Source: an uncultured delta proteobacterium (GTDB lineage Bacteria > Desulfobacterota > Binatia > HRBIN30 > BPIQ01). From it: a stretch of DNA of 64,000 nt. The stretch spans positions 320,001-384,000 of the forward strand of contig CAVXGR010000005.1 in the NCBI GenBank assembly GCA_963761335.1, given 5' to 3'. Positions 10,549 through 19,954 of the stretch are shown here, one piece after another. A model generated the notes under the pieces. That model was not told where the DNA came from and ran no database searches. It worked only from the letters and a program-made list of their open reading frames with translations. The stretch's first letter is position 1; each line of letters starts with the position of its first letter. Position numbers and translations under genes: made by a program.

Positions 10549-11229
10549 GTGAGACGGGCCAGCGCCTATTTCTCCGCCGAGGAGAAGCAGCGGATCGAGG
10601 CCGCGGTCGGCGAGGCCGAAGCGCAGACCGCGGGCGAGATCGTGCCGGTGGTGGCCACTGCCTCGGGCCGTTACGACCGCGGCGAGGATCTCTTCGGGTT
10701 GGTATGCGCCGTGGTGGCCGTGGCCGTCGTCTGGTGGCTCAGCCAGGGGATCGAGGCAACGCAGACGGAGTGGGCGGTGAAGACCGAGCTGGCCCTCGGC
10801 CTCCCCGCCATCGTCATCACCCTCGTCGCCGCCTTTCTGGTCGGTGCCGTCGCCGCCACTTTCTTCCCGCTTCTCCGCCTGCCATTCATCAGCCGCAGCG
10901 AGATGGAGGAGGAGGTGGAGCGCGGCGCCGCCGCTGCCTTCCATCGCTTCCGCGTCCGCCGCACCGCCGCCGGCACCGGCGTGCTCATCTACGTCTCTCT
11001 GTACGAGCGTATGGTGCGCGTGCTCGGCGACGACGCCATCAACGAGAAGGTGTCGGCGGCGGAATGGAGCACGATCTGCAACCGCGCCGTCGAGGGACTG
11101 CGCCAGGAGCGCGGCGCCGATGGCCTTGCCGCGGCGATTCGCGAGGCGGGTGAGCTACTGCGCCGCCATTTTCCCCGGCAGCCCGGCGATCGCGACGAGC
11201 TCGGCAACCAGCTGCACCTCGTCGACTGA
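10549..11229 (+). CDS. TPM-domain membrane protein (second type)
   Basis: IEAAVGEAEAQTAGEIVPVV, GTGVLIYVSLYERMVRVLGD, HFPRQPGDRDEL; RBS GAGG. Confidence 0.88.
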   Translation: MRRASAYFSAEEKQRIEAAVGEAEAQTAGEIVPVVATASGRYDRGEDLFGLVCAVVAVAVVWWLSQGIEATQTEWAVKTELALGLPAIVITLVAAFLVGAVAATFFPLLRLPFISRSEMEEEVERGAAAAFHRFRVRRTAAGTGVLIYVSLYERMVRVLGDDAINEKVSAAEWSTICNRAVEGLRQERGADGLAAAIREAGELLRRHFPRQPGDRDELGNQLHLVD

Positions 11230-11240
11230 ACGTCGGCGGG

Positions 11241-12041
11241 CTACTCGATCTTGACGGATGCGTCCTCGATGATGGCGCCGTACTTGTAGCCGAAGCCGTA
11301 GTCCTTGTCGGTGCCGAGCTTGCCGCGCACCAGCACGGTGTCGCCCACCGAGGCGCTTTCACCCGTGGTCACCGCCAGGTCGTTGGTGCCGGCGTTGCCG
11401 CTGCCGTCGCGGATGTGGATCCAGTTCTTGCCCATGACCGAGGGGGTGTACTTCACCACCCGGCCGCGTACCGCCACGTCCTTCCCGGCGAGCTCCGCCT
11501 TCTTGGCGAACAGCTCGGCCACCGTGTAGCCGCCCGCGGCCTTCTCGATGTTCGACAGGTCGACGGTGGTGGGCTCGTTCGAAAGCGCCGCGGCGCCGTG
11601 CGGCGGCTGAACGGCGTGTGGCGCCGCAGCGGCGTGTGGTGCACTGGCGCCCGCCGCCTTCTCGCCGCCGGCCACCTGCACGCCGGAAACGAAGTAGACG
11701 ACGTCGAAGGTCCGCTTGAGGGTGCTGCTGTGGAAGTCGCGCATCGGGACACCCTCCGGCACGACCACCGTGTCGCCGACGGCGACCGTGAAGCGCGGCG
11801 CCGCCGCCCAGACCTTCTTGGTGCCGTCATCCACGAGCACGTAGGTGTACTCGGCGGCGTTCATCGTCTCCGCGACCTTGCCAGTGATCATCGTCTGCCC
11901 GGACGGTGCGGCGAAGCCGTGCCCGTGGGCGCTCGGCAGGCCGCCGGCGGGCAATTGCGCCCGGGCGACGTGCACGGCCGGTGGGGTTGCGAGTAGAGCC
12001 GCAGTGGTTGCGGCGATGAACGCAGCGGAGAAATGTGTCAC
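11241..12041 (-). CDS. Secreted protein with two OB-fold-like domains and His/Pro-rich linkers
   Basis: Probable GTG start at 12041 (signal peptide); GKVAETMNAAEYTYV and VRGRVVKYTPSVMGKNWIHIRDGSG...DKDYGFGYKY. The longer track ORF runs into repeat DNA. Confidence 0.75.
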   Translation of the reverse strand: MTHFSAAFIAATTAALLATPPAVHVARAQLPAGGLPSAHGHGFAAPSGQTMITGKVAETMNAAEYTYVLVDDGTKKVWAAAPRFTVAVGDTVVVPEGVPMRDFHSSTLKRTFDVVYFVSGVQVAGGEKAAGASAPHAAAAPHAVQPPHGAAALSNEPTTVDLSNIEKAAGGYTVAELFAKKAELAGKDVAVRGRVVKYTPSVMGKNWIHIRDGSGNAGTNDLAVTTGESASVGDTVLVRGKLGTDKDYGFGYKYGAIIEDASVKIE

Positions 12042-12127
12042 GGATCGCTCCTTGGCAGTGGATATCGTGGGGCAGCTCGCGAAAGATGCGTATACCGGAT
12101 GCGGTTGAATTGGTAGGGGGACCCCTT

Positions 12128-12410
12128 GGGGGACAGTGCGTCGTGAGCCTTGCGGCTCACCAATAGACGATGAAGATGAGGCTGGGTATCTGACCCGGGA
12201 AGAGATTTGGCGGTTCTCGCCTGGGCGAAGTTCGCCCCGGAGGGGCGGTGCCGTGTAGCCCGGGGTGAAACCCCGGGGGAAATTCATCGACGTGATTCAT
12301 GCGGCCTCGACGCCTGCGCCCCTCCGGGGCGGGTATCGGGGAAGCCGACGCGCTGTTCCCCGGGTTTCACCCGGGGCTACATGCCCGCGCCGCTCCGCGG
12401 CTCAATCCCC
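12128..12410 (-). mobile_element. Single-ended, internally deleted copy of the CT-core insertion element
   Basis: GGGGAC-AG-TGCGTCGTGAGCCTTGCGGCTCACCAATAGACGATGAAGATGAG is the reverse complement of the right end and junction at 48845-48895; the other end was not found. Confidence 0.6.
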
Positions 12411-12486
12411 GACACCTCCCCATCTCCCCGGTTGAACCGGGCTTTCCCGGGGATGCACCCGCGGTCCTCGGGGTTTGGACGTCATT

Positions 12487-12610
12487 CGCCCCGGAGGGGC
12501 GCGGGCATGTAGCCCCGGGTCGAAGACCCGGGGGACCCCGAAGCCGGCTGGGTTGCGCCCCGCAGGGGCGCAGGCATGTAGCCCCGGGTCTTCGACCCGG
12601 GGGACCCCCC
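12487..12610. repeat. Two direct family-A REP units (CGCCCCG.AGGGGCGC.GGCATGTAGCCCCGGGT..ACCCGGGG)
   Basis: Same motif as at 9390-9610, 48527-48790 and 58908-59760. Confidence 0.8.
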
Positions 12611-12647
12611 GTTGCCGGCTCTGCCTGCGGCATATTAGGGTGCGCGT

Positions 12648-14132
12648 ATGAAGCTTCGCCCGACGGGCGCGGGCATGGCGGCGGCCCTGGCGCTGGCTCT
12701 CGCATCGTGCTCCGCGCCGGATACGCGGCCTTCCGTTCTTCTCTTCGTCTTCGACACGACGCGGGTCGACGCGGTATCGGCATATGGCGCCGTCGCCGGA
12801 ACCACCCCGGAGCTCGACCGCCTGGCCTCCTCCGGCCTCCGCTACCAGCACGCCTACGCCAATGCGCCGTGGACTCTGCCGTCGCACGCCACGCTGTTCA
12901 CCGGGCTGTTGCCGCATCAGCACGGCGTCGGCTATCGCGGCGTGCGCGCGCCCGATTCCCTGGTGATGCTCGCCGAGCGCCTGCGCGATGCCGGCTACGA
13001 GACCGCCGCCTTCTCCGAGAACCCGTTCGTCAGCGAGACCTTCAACATGATGCAGGGCTTCGAAACGCTCGACAACGATCGCGGCGAGCGACCCATCGCT
13101 GACGTTCGCGATCCGGCGCCGGGTCAGTACAATGTCCAGGAGCTGGTCGCTGCCTGGGCGCAGCAGCGCAAGCGCGGGCGGCCGTTCTTTCTGTTCGTGA
13201 ATGTGATGAACGCGCACGAGCCCTATCCGATCCGCGCCGAGAACCCGTTCGTGCCGAGGGGCGTCGATGCCCGGGCGCTGCAGGGGCTGAATCGAAAGGT
13301 CCACAAGCGCATCTGCGCGGCGCTGCCGCCGCCGAAGCAGATCGAGGCCCTGAAGGGGCTCTATCTCGGGGGCGTTGCCGCGGACGACGCCAAGCTGCGG
13401 GCGGTGCTGGGAGCGCTGCGCGACGCGGGCGCGAGCCAGCGGCTGGTCACCATCGTCACCGCCGACCACGGCGAGCACTTCGGCGAGCACCGCCTGATGG
13501 AGCACAACTTCAGCGTGCGCGAAGCGCTGCTGCACGTGCCGCTGGTGATCTCGGGCGCGCCGGGTGCCGCGCCGGCGGTGATCGATCAGCCGGTGCAGCT
13601 GGCGGACGTCGTCCCCAGCGTGCTGCGCTGGGTCGGGGCGCCGGTTCCGGCCGATCTCCCCGGCCGCCCGCTGCCCACGGAGGCGAGCACGACTCAGGTG
13701 GCGCGTGACATCGTGGCCGAGTACACCGAGCCCGACAACATTGCTGATGCACCCGACCAACCGGACTGGCTCAGAGAGGCCCACGCCGAGATCCAGGCGA
13801 CGCGCTCCGTCTGCACGGCGCAGGACCGGGTCTTCGGCAACATGCTGGCGCTGGTCCGCTACCCATTCAAGCTGATCTGGTTCGAGCGCTATCCGGCGGA
13901 GCTGTACGACCTCTCGAGCGACCCGGAGGAACGTTCCGATCTGTCAACCGCGCGTCCCGAGTTGGCGGCGAAGATGCATGCCGAGGTCGAAGCGCTGATT
14001 GCGCAGGCTCCCGGCGCGCCGGCGCCCGCGCCGGAGGCGACCGTGCCGCCGGAGGTTCGGGAACGTCTGCGCGCCCTCGGCTACATCGGCGGCGCCACGC
14101 CCGCGGCGGGCTCGACGCCGCTATCTGAGTAG
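12648..14132 (+). CDS. Sulfatase/alkaline-phosphatase superfamily lipoprotein
   Basis: Lipobox-like LALASC; FVFDTTRVD, APWTLPSHATLFTG, TADHGEHFGEH, LHVPLVI, ELYDLSSDPEE, RLRALGY. Confidence 0.88.
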   Translation: MKLRPTGAGMAAALALALASCSAPDTRPSVLLFVFDTTRVDAVSAYGAVAGTTPELDRLASSGLRYQHAYANAPWTLPSHATLFTGLLPHQHGVGYRGVRAPDSLVMLAERLRDAGYETAAFSENPFVSETFNMMQGFETLDNDRGERPIADVRDPAPGQYNVQELVAAWAQQRKRGRPFFLFVNVMNAHEPYPIRAENPFVPRGVDARALQGLNRKVHKRICAALPPPKQIEALKGLYLGGVAADDAKLRAVLGALRDAGASQRLVTIVTADHGEHFGEHRLMEHNFSVREALLHVPLVISGAPGAAPAVIDQPVQLADVVPSVLRWVGAPVPADLPGRPLPTEASTTQVARDIVAEYTEPDNIADAPDQPDWLREAHAEIQATRSVCTAQDRVFGNMLALVRYPFKLIWFERYPAELYDLSSDPEERSDLSTARPELAAKMHAEVEALIAQAPGAPAPAPEATVPPEVRERLRALGYIGGATPAAGSTPLSE

Positions 14133-14159
14133 CGTCGGGCCCGCCGCCGCGTCAGGGCG

Positions 14160-15437
14160 TCACGCCGCGCAGGCGAGCAGGCGCGGGTCGAGGCAGTTCG
14201 GCGCCGTGGTATCGATGTTGCCGTCGCCGTCGACGTCGATCTCCACCGACATGTCGGAGCGGTAGAAGACCTGCGCCGTCGACTGCCCGATTTCGACCGC
14301 GATGTTGCCGGCGTCCGGACAGATCGCGCCGCTCGGTACCGACAGCGCCGCCGGCGTGGTCAGGCTGACGTCTCCGCCGAAGCACGTCGAGCTCACCATG
14401 CCCGTGACCGTGAAGATCGTCGATGGGCCGCTGTCGTCGACGTCGATGCGGAAGCCGGTGAAAGACGCCGACTTGGGCTCACCCGAAGGACTGAAGAGTG
14501 AGGCGGGTCCGTTGAAGGTGAGGGTGTAGATGGTGGGGACGCAGTCGGTGTTGAAAGTGATGTTGCTGACCACCACCGTGGTGTCCGAGAACGACATGCC
14601 CACGCTGCCGTCGACGGTGGTGGCGCTCAGCGAGCCGTTGGCGATGGTGAGGGTCGCGGCGGTCAGATAGCAGCTGCCGCCGAGCGCCGGGCTGACGCTG
14701 CCCGACAGCGTCGCCGAGGCCGTCTCCGTCTGCTGGTCGGCCTGGTCGCGGAAGACCATGGTGATGTTCACCGAGAAGCTCGTCACCAGGGAGATGATCG
14801 CGGTGCCGTCGTAGGTGACCGAGCCGTCGCCGGTGGCGAGCTTGCAGGCGGTGAGGGTGATGGTTTGGCCGGTGATCGGGTTGCCCGTCTTCGTTGCCGT
14901 GCCGCCGAGGGGGCAGGCGCTGGCGCCGCCACCCCCGTCGGTGTCGAGGGTGACCAGGGCCGACGTGCTAGTGAGGCCAGTGACCAGGGCGCCGACGATG
15001 CTTGGAACCAGGGCCATGGAGTTGACGATTACCGTCGTGCCGCCGGCGACCGAGTCGACGGGAGCCGAGGTCGGCGTCACCATCGTGGCCGTGGGCGTGG
15101 GCGAGACGGTTTGCGTGAATGTCGGCGTCGGCGGACGCGAGGTCGGGGTCTCCGGCGGCCCCTGGCACATGTTGCCGGCGTTGATCACGGCGATCAGCAG
15201 CTCGTTGGCTTTGACGGCGCCGTCGCTGTTGGTGTCGAGCGAGGCGCAGTCGCCGAGCAGCTGCGCGTCGAAGATGACGTCGATCGCCTGCTGGATCTCC
15301 GCGGCGGTCACTTGGGTGTCGCTGTTGCAGTCGCCGGCGCAGGTGGTGCCGCCGGCACGCGCCGTGCCGACTCCAGCGAGGAGAGCGCAAAAGACCAGAA
15401 CCACCAAGCCGCTCCAGAGTCCAGCCGAAAGCTTCAT
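14160..15437 (-). CDS. Secreted protein with an N-terminal dockerin/EF-hand-like CxGDC domain, a Thr/Pro linker and a beta-rich C-terminal domain
   Basis: MKLSAG.. signal peptide; CAGDCNSDTQVTAAEI..DTNSDGAVKANELLIAVINAGNMC; DVDGDGNID near the C-terminus. Confidence 0.75.
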   Translation of the reverse strand: MKLSAGLWSGLVVLVFCALLAGVGTARAGGTTCAGDCNSDTQVTAAEIQQAIDVIFDAQLLGDCASLDTNSDGAVKANELLIAVINAGNMCQGPPETPTSRPPTPTFTQTVSPTPTATMVTPTSAPVDSVAGGTTVIVNSMALVPSIVGALVTGLTSTSALVTLDTDGGGGASACPLGGTATKTGNPITGQTITLTACKLATGDGSVTYDGTAIISLVTSFSVNITMVFRDQADQQTETASATLSGSVSPALGGSCYLTAATLTIANGSLSATTVDGSVGMSFSDTTVVVSNITFNTDCVPTIYTLTFNGPASLFSPSGEPKSASFTGFRIDVDDSGPSTIFTVTGMVSSTCFGGDVSLTTPAALSVPSGAICPDAGNIAVEIGQSTAQVFYRSDMSVEIDVDGDGNIDTTAPNCLDPRLLACAA

Positions 15438-15612
15438 GTGCTCCCACCCTTTCCGTGTCGGGGCGGCAGCGCGCCGATGACGCCCCTGACTCGCCTCGAG
15501 TCCCGCTGCTCTGGGCCGGGCTGTAATCCGGCGGCAGCGCCGAGTCAATAACCAATCGGGACGGTCGGGAAAACGCCCGGCTCGCGGAATGCAAAAGGGG
15601 GGCGCCAAGAGG

Positions 15613-16365
15613 TCAGGTCTTCTTCTGCTGGAGCTGGCCGGCGACGTTGCTGGTGGCCTTGTTCACGGCCTCCGGATCGCCGAGGTAGAAGCTGCGCTGC
15701 GGCCGCAGGTCGTCGTCGAGCTCGTAGACGAGAGGAATGCCGGTGGGGATGTTGAGGCCGACGATCTCGTCATCGCCGACACGGTCGAGGTATTTCACCA
15801 GGGCGCGCAGGCTGTTGCCATGCGCCGAGATGAGCACGCGCTGGCCGGCGCGAACCGCGGGGGCGATGGTGTCGTTCCAGTAGGGGAGAAAGCGCTCGAC
15901 GGTGTCCTTGAGGCATTCGGTGAGCGGCAGCTCGGCGCGGCCGAGCCCGGCATAGCGCGGATCCTTCCCCGGATCGCGGGGGTCGTCCGCCGTCAGGCTG
16001 GGGGGCCGCACGTCGTAGCTGCGCCGCCAGATCTGGGTCTGCTCCATGCCGTGGCGCGCCGCGGTCTCCGCCTTGTTGAGGCCCTGCAGAGCGCCGTAGT
16101 GCCGCTCGTTCAGGCGCCAGCTGCGGTGCACCGGGATCCACATCAGATCCATCTCTTCGAGGACGATCCACAGAGTCTTGATGGCGCGCTTGAGCACCGA
16201 GGTGTAGGCGACGTCGAAGACATAGCCGTCGCGCCGCAGCACGCGACCGGCCTCGTGGGCCTCCTCTTCGCCCTTGGGGCTCAGGCCGACGTCGGTCCAG
16301 CCCGTGAATCGGTTCTCCCTGTTCCACTCGCTCTCGCCGTGGCGGACGAGCACCAACCGCTTCAT
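15613..16365 (-). CDS. gpmA: 2,3-bisphosphoglycerate-dependent phosphoglycerate mutase
   Basis: [40 protein letters not shown]. Confidence 0.97.
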   Translation of the reverse strand: MKRLVLVRHGESEWNRENRFTGWTDVGLSPKGEEEAHEAGRVLRRDGYVFDVAYTSVLKRAIKTLWIVLEEMDLMWIPVHRSWRLNERHYGALQGLNKAETAARHGMEQTQIWRRSYDVRPPSLTADDPRDPGKDPRYAGLGRAELPLTECLKDTVERFLPYWNDTIAPAVRAGQRVLISAHGNSLRALVKYLDRVGDDEIVGLNIPTGIPLVYELDDDLRPQRSFYLGDPEAVNKATSNVAGQLQQKKT

Positions 16366-16437
16366 CGATCACCTCGCCTCGGCCGCCCATAGTGGCAGAC
16401 TGGCGGGCCAGTGCAAGTTGCCGGCGGCCGGCCCGGC

Positions 16438-17874
16438 TCAGCCGAGGGTGAAGTAGAACGTGGCGCCGGCGCCGGGCGAGGCGTCGGCCCACACCTTGCC
16501 GCCGTGGCGCTGCACGATGCGTCGCACCGTGGCCAGACCGATGCCCGTCCCCTCGAACTCGGCGTTGGTGTGCAGGCGCTGGAAGGGGGCGAACAGCTTG
16601 CCGGCGTGCGCCGGATCGAACCCGGCGCCGTTGTCGCGGACGAAGTAGCAAGTCCCTCCTGCGGCTGCCTCGGCGCCCAGCTCGATGCGCGCGCAGGGCT
16701 GCTTTCCGGTGTATTTCCAGGCATTGCCCAGGAGGTTCTCGAGGACGATACGCAGCAAGCGGCCGTCGGCATTGGCGCGGAGGCCCTCGGCGATCAGGAA
16801 GGTCACCTGGCGCGACTTGTCTGTCTTGCGCAGCTCGTCGGCGATCTCGCCGGCGACGGCGGAGATGTCGATCTGCCGGCGATGAATCGGGTGGCGGCAG
16901 ACGCGCGACAGCTCCAGCAGATCGTCGATCAGCTGGCCCATGCGCTGCGCCGACCAGCGCACCCGCTCCAGGTGGTGCCGGCTCTGGGCGTCGAGCTTCT
17001 CCGAGCAATCCTCGAGCAGCGCGCAGCTGAAACCGTCGATGGCGCGCAGCGGCGCGCGCAGGTCGTGAGACACCGAGTAGCTGAAAGCCTCGATCTCGCG
17101 ATTGGCCTCGGCGAGCTGGATGTTGATGCGGCGGATGTCCTCCTCGGTCCGTTCGCCTCGCGCGATCTCCTGCTGCAGACGCCGATTCGCCGCGGCGAGA
17201 TCCGCCGTGCGCTCGGCCACCAACACCTCGAGTCGCTCCTGGTAGCGCCGCAGCTCCTGCTCGTCGCGCTTGCGGTCGGAGATGTCGCGGAAGTAGATGC
17301 TCAGCCCGGACTCCGAGGGATAGCTGCGGACCTCGAACCAGCGGCCGAGGCGCGGATAGAAGAGCTCGATGTCCGCCGAGCCGCTCGGCGTCTGCTCGCG
17401 GCGCATCACCTCGCGGAGATCGGGGAGCACGTCCCAGAGAGTGCGGCCGAGCAGATCTCCCGGCGTCTCCGCCGCTTCGCTGAAGAGCTGCCTCGCCTGC
17501 GGGTTCAGGTAGGTGAGGTGCCACTCGGCGTCGACCGCAAGGAAGGAGTCGCTGATGCTGCCGAGTATCTGCTCCGTCTGCTCTTGCGATTCCCGCACGG
17601 CATCGAACCAGCGGCGTACCAGAACGTACAGCAGGATCGCCGTGGCGCCGACGTACAGGATGCCCTTGATCGTCTGCAGAAACAGCGGGTCTCCCGCGTC
17701 CACGGCGGAAACCAGATGGTCGGAGCCGAAGATCCAGAGAGTCCCGAAAATCGCATATATCGCGGCGATTCTCAGCGGCGACAGGCGAGGGCCGAGCCCG
17801 GCGCGGGCCTCGGGAGTGGAGCGCGGGTTCCCGAGACCAAGCCTTCCATGGTTCCGTTGGGCGACGGGCCACAT
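16438..17874 (-). CDS. Membrane PAS-domain sensor histidine kinase (bacteriophytochrome-like HisKA)
   Basis: Two TM helices, PAS, FSYSVSHDLRAPLRAIDGF, NLLGNAWKY, DNGAGFD, GTGIGLA; start codon uncertain. Confidence 0.88.
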   Translation of the reverse strand: MWPVAQRNHGRLGLGNPRSTPEARAGLGPRLSPLRIAAIYAIFGTLWIFGSDHLVSAVDAGDPLFLQTIKGILYVGATAILLYVLVRRWFDAVRESQEQTEQILGSISDSFLAVDAEWHLTYLNPQARQLFSEAAETPGDLLGRTLWDVLPDLREVMRREQTPSGSADIELFYPRLGRWFEVRSYPSESGLSIYFRDISDRKRDEQELRRYQERLEVLVAERTADLAAANRRLQQEIARGERTEEDIRRINIQLAEANREIEAFSYSVSHDLRAPLRAIDGFSCALLEDCSEKLDAQSRHHLERVRWSAQRMGQLIDDLLELSRVCRHPIHRRQIDISAVAGEIADELRKTDKSRQVTFLIAEGLRANADGRLLRIVLENLLGNAWKYTGKQPCARIELGAEAAAGGTCYFVRDNGAGFDPAHAGKLFAPFQRLHTNAEFEGTGIGLATVRRIVQRHGGKVWADASPGAGATFYFTLG

Positions 17875-18047
17875 CGTTTCCCTGGCACCTCTGAGCCTGC
17901 GGCAGTGCAACCTTCAGGCCATATGACAACCCACAAGCGCATAGCCGCTCCAGCCTTCTACTGATGGGGTCCGGGCCGTGAATCGTTCTGCGAGCGTCGA
18001 AAATGGCGCCGGCGGCAGCCGCGCCGGAGAGGGAAGAGAAGCGCGCC

Positions 18048-18800
18048 TCAGATGGTCAAGCCGCCGTCGATCGGGACCACGCTTCCGGTCATGTAGCGGC
18101 CCTCGGTGGAGGCGACGAAGGCGATCAGAGCGGCAATCTCCTCCGGTTGGCTGTTGCCGAGAGGAGTGCGCAGCTTCGCCAGCAGGCGCGGATCGGCACC
18201 TGGCGGCAGCTGGTAAAAGGCTTCCTGGAGGGGCGTGGCGATGCCGCCGGGGGCGATGCAGTTGACGCGCACGCCGCGGTGCAGGTACTCGTCCGCCAGT
18301 GCCCGGGTGAGCTGCACGACGCCGCCTTTGGAGGCGCAGTAGGCGGCGCTGTAGGGAGCGCCCATGAGGCCGGCGTTGGAGGCGATGTTGACGATGTTGC
18401 CGCCGCCGTCGAGGAGGTAGGGCAGCACCGCCTGCGACATGAGGAAGGTGCCGGTCAGATTGACGGCGATGATGCGCGACCAGTCCTCGAAGGGCATCTC
18501 GTGGGCGTTGGCGAACTTGCCGATGCCGGCGCAGTTGACCAGCAGCGACGGTCGGCCGAGCTCACCGGCGGCGGTATCGACCGCCTGGCGCACCGAGCTC
18601 GGATCGGCGACGTCAACGGTATAGGCGCGTGCCCGGCCACCGTCGGCGGCGATGGCCGCCGCGGTGCTCTCGGCGGCGTCGAGACGCAGGTCGAGGCAGG
18701 CGACGGTGGCTCCCTCGGCCGCAAGCCGTTGGGCGGTGGCCCGGCCGAGACCGGAGCCGGCGCCGCTGACGATGGCGGTGCATCCGTCGAAACGTTTCAC
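18048..18800 (-). CDS. SDR family oxidoreductase
   Basis: SGAGSGLG, NCAG, YCASK. Confidence 0.92.
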   Translation of the reverse strand: MKRFDGCTAIVSGAGSGLGRATAQRLAAEGATVACLDLRLDAAESTAAAIAADGGRARAYTVDVADPSSVRQAVDTAAGELGRPSLLVNCAGIGKFANAHEMPFEDWSRIIAVNLTGTFLMSQAVLPYLLDGGGNIVNIASNAGLMGAPYSAAYCASKGGVVQLTRALADEYLHRGVRVNCIAPGGIATPLQEAFYQLPPGADPRLLAKLRTPLGNSQPEEIAALIAFVASTEGRYMTGSVVPIDGGLTI

Positions 18801-18813
18801 AACTCGACTCCCG

Positions 18814-19941
18814 TCAGGCGTCGGCAGGGATGAGGCGTTGCAGCCGCTCAGTGGCCTCGAGGTACTCCTGTACCAGGTCGTAGATGACGTCCTTCACCGG
18901 ACGCACGGAGTTCATGCTCCCGACGATCTGCCCGACCGGGTTGAACATGACCTTCTTCGCCTTCTCGGCGTAGCGATGACCGCGGGCGACGGCTTCGGAG
19001 GTGACCATGAACTGCATGGGCATCGGCAGGGTTCCCGGCGACTCGGGGCTCTCCCAGGCGTCGGTCCAGTCGTTGCGCAGCATGCGGCAGGGCTTGCCGG
19101 TGAAGGAGCGCGAGCGCACCGTATCGCGGCTGGAGGCGGCCAGATACGATTCCGTCTGCGCCGGCGGCGCGTCGGCCTCCTGCACGGTCAGCCAGATGGA
19201 GCCCGTCCACACGCCTTGGGCGCCGAGGGCGAGAGCCGCGGCGATCTGGCGGCCGCTGCCGATACCTCCGGCGGCGAGCACCGGCGTCGGCGCCACGGCG
19301 TCGATCACTTCCGGCCAGAGGACGACGCTGCCGATCTCGCCGGTATGCCCGCCGCCTTCGGTCCCCTGGGCGACGATGATGTCGACGCCCGCCGCCTTGT
19401 GGGCGCGCGCCTGCTTGGCGGCGCCGCAGAGGGCGACCACGAGGCGACCGGTCGAGTGGATGCGCTCGATGATGTCGGGGGGCGGCGTGCCCAGGGCGTT
19501 GGCGATGAGACGCACCTTCTGGTGGCGCAGCGCCACCTCCACCTGCGGGGTCGCCGTCGCCGCCGTCCAGCCGAGAAGCTCGTTCACCGGCTTCTCCCCC
19601 GCGGGCAGCTTGGGGACGCCGTGTTCGGCGAGGACCTTGTCGGCGAAGGCGCGGTGCTGCGGCGGCACCGACGCCAGCAGCTGCTCCTCCAGCTTCTTGG
19701 GATCGAGCTCGCCCATGCCCTCGTACTTGCCGGGGATGACGATGTCGACGCCGTACGGCTTGTCGCCGATGTGCTCGTCGATCCAGTTGAGCTCGATCTC
19801 CAGCTGGTCGGGCGGGAAGCCGACGGCGCCGAGGACGCCGAAGCCGCCCGCCTTGCTGACCGCCGCGACCACGTCGCGGCAATGGCTGAAGGCGAAGATG
19901 GGAAACTCGATGCCGAGCTTGTCGCAAATCTCGGTGTGCAT
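18814..19941 (-). CDS. Nitronate monooxygenase-family flavin oxidoreductase
   Basis: FAFSHCRDVVAAVSKAGGFG, AQGTEGGGHTG, AAGGIGSG, GVWTGS. Confidence 0.9.
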   Translation of the reverse strand: MHTEICDKLGIEFPIFAFSHCRDVVAAVSKAGGFGVLGAVGFPPDQLEIELNWIDEHIGDKPYGVDIVIPGKYEGMGELDPKKLEEQLLASVPPQHRAFADKVLAEHGVPKLPAGEKPVNELLGWTAATATPQVEVALRHQKVRLIANALGTPPPDIIERIHSTGRLVVALCGAAKQARAHKAAGVDIIVAQGTEGGGHTGEIGSVVLWPEVIDAVAPTPVLAAGGIGSGRQIAAALALGAQGVWTGSIWLTVQEADAPPAQTESYLAASSRDTVRSRSFTGKPCRMLRNDWTDAWESPESPGTLPMPMQFMVTSEAVARGHRYAEKAKKVMFNPVGQIVGSMNSVRPVKDVIYDLVQEYLEATERLQRLIPADA

Positions 19942-19954
19942 GTCGGAGGCTCCT

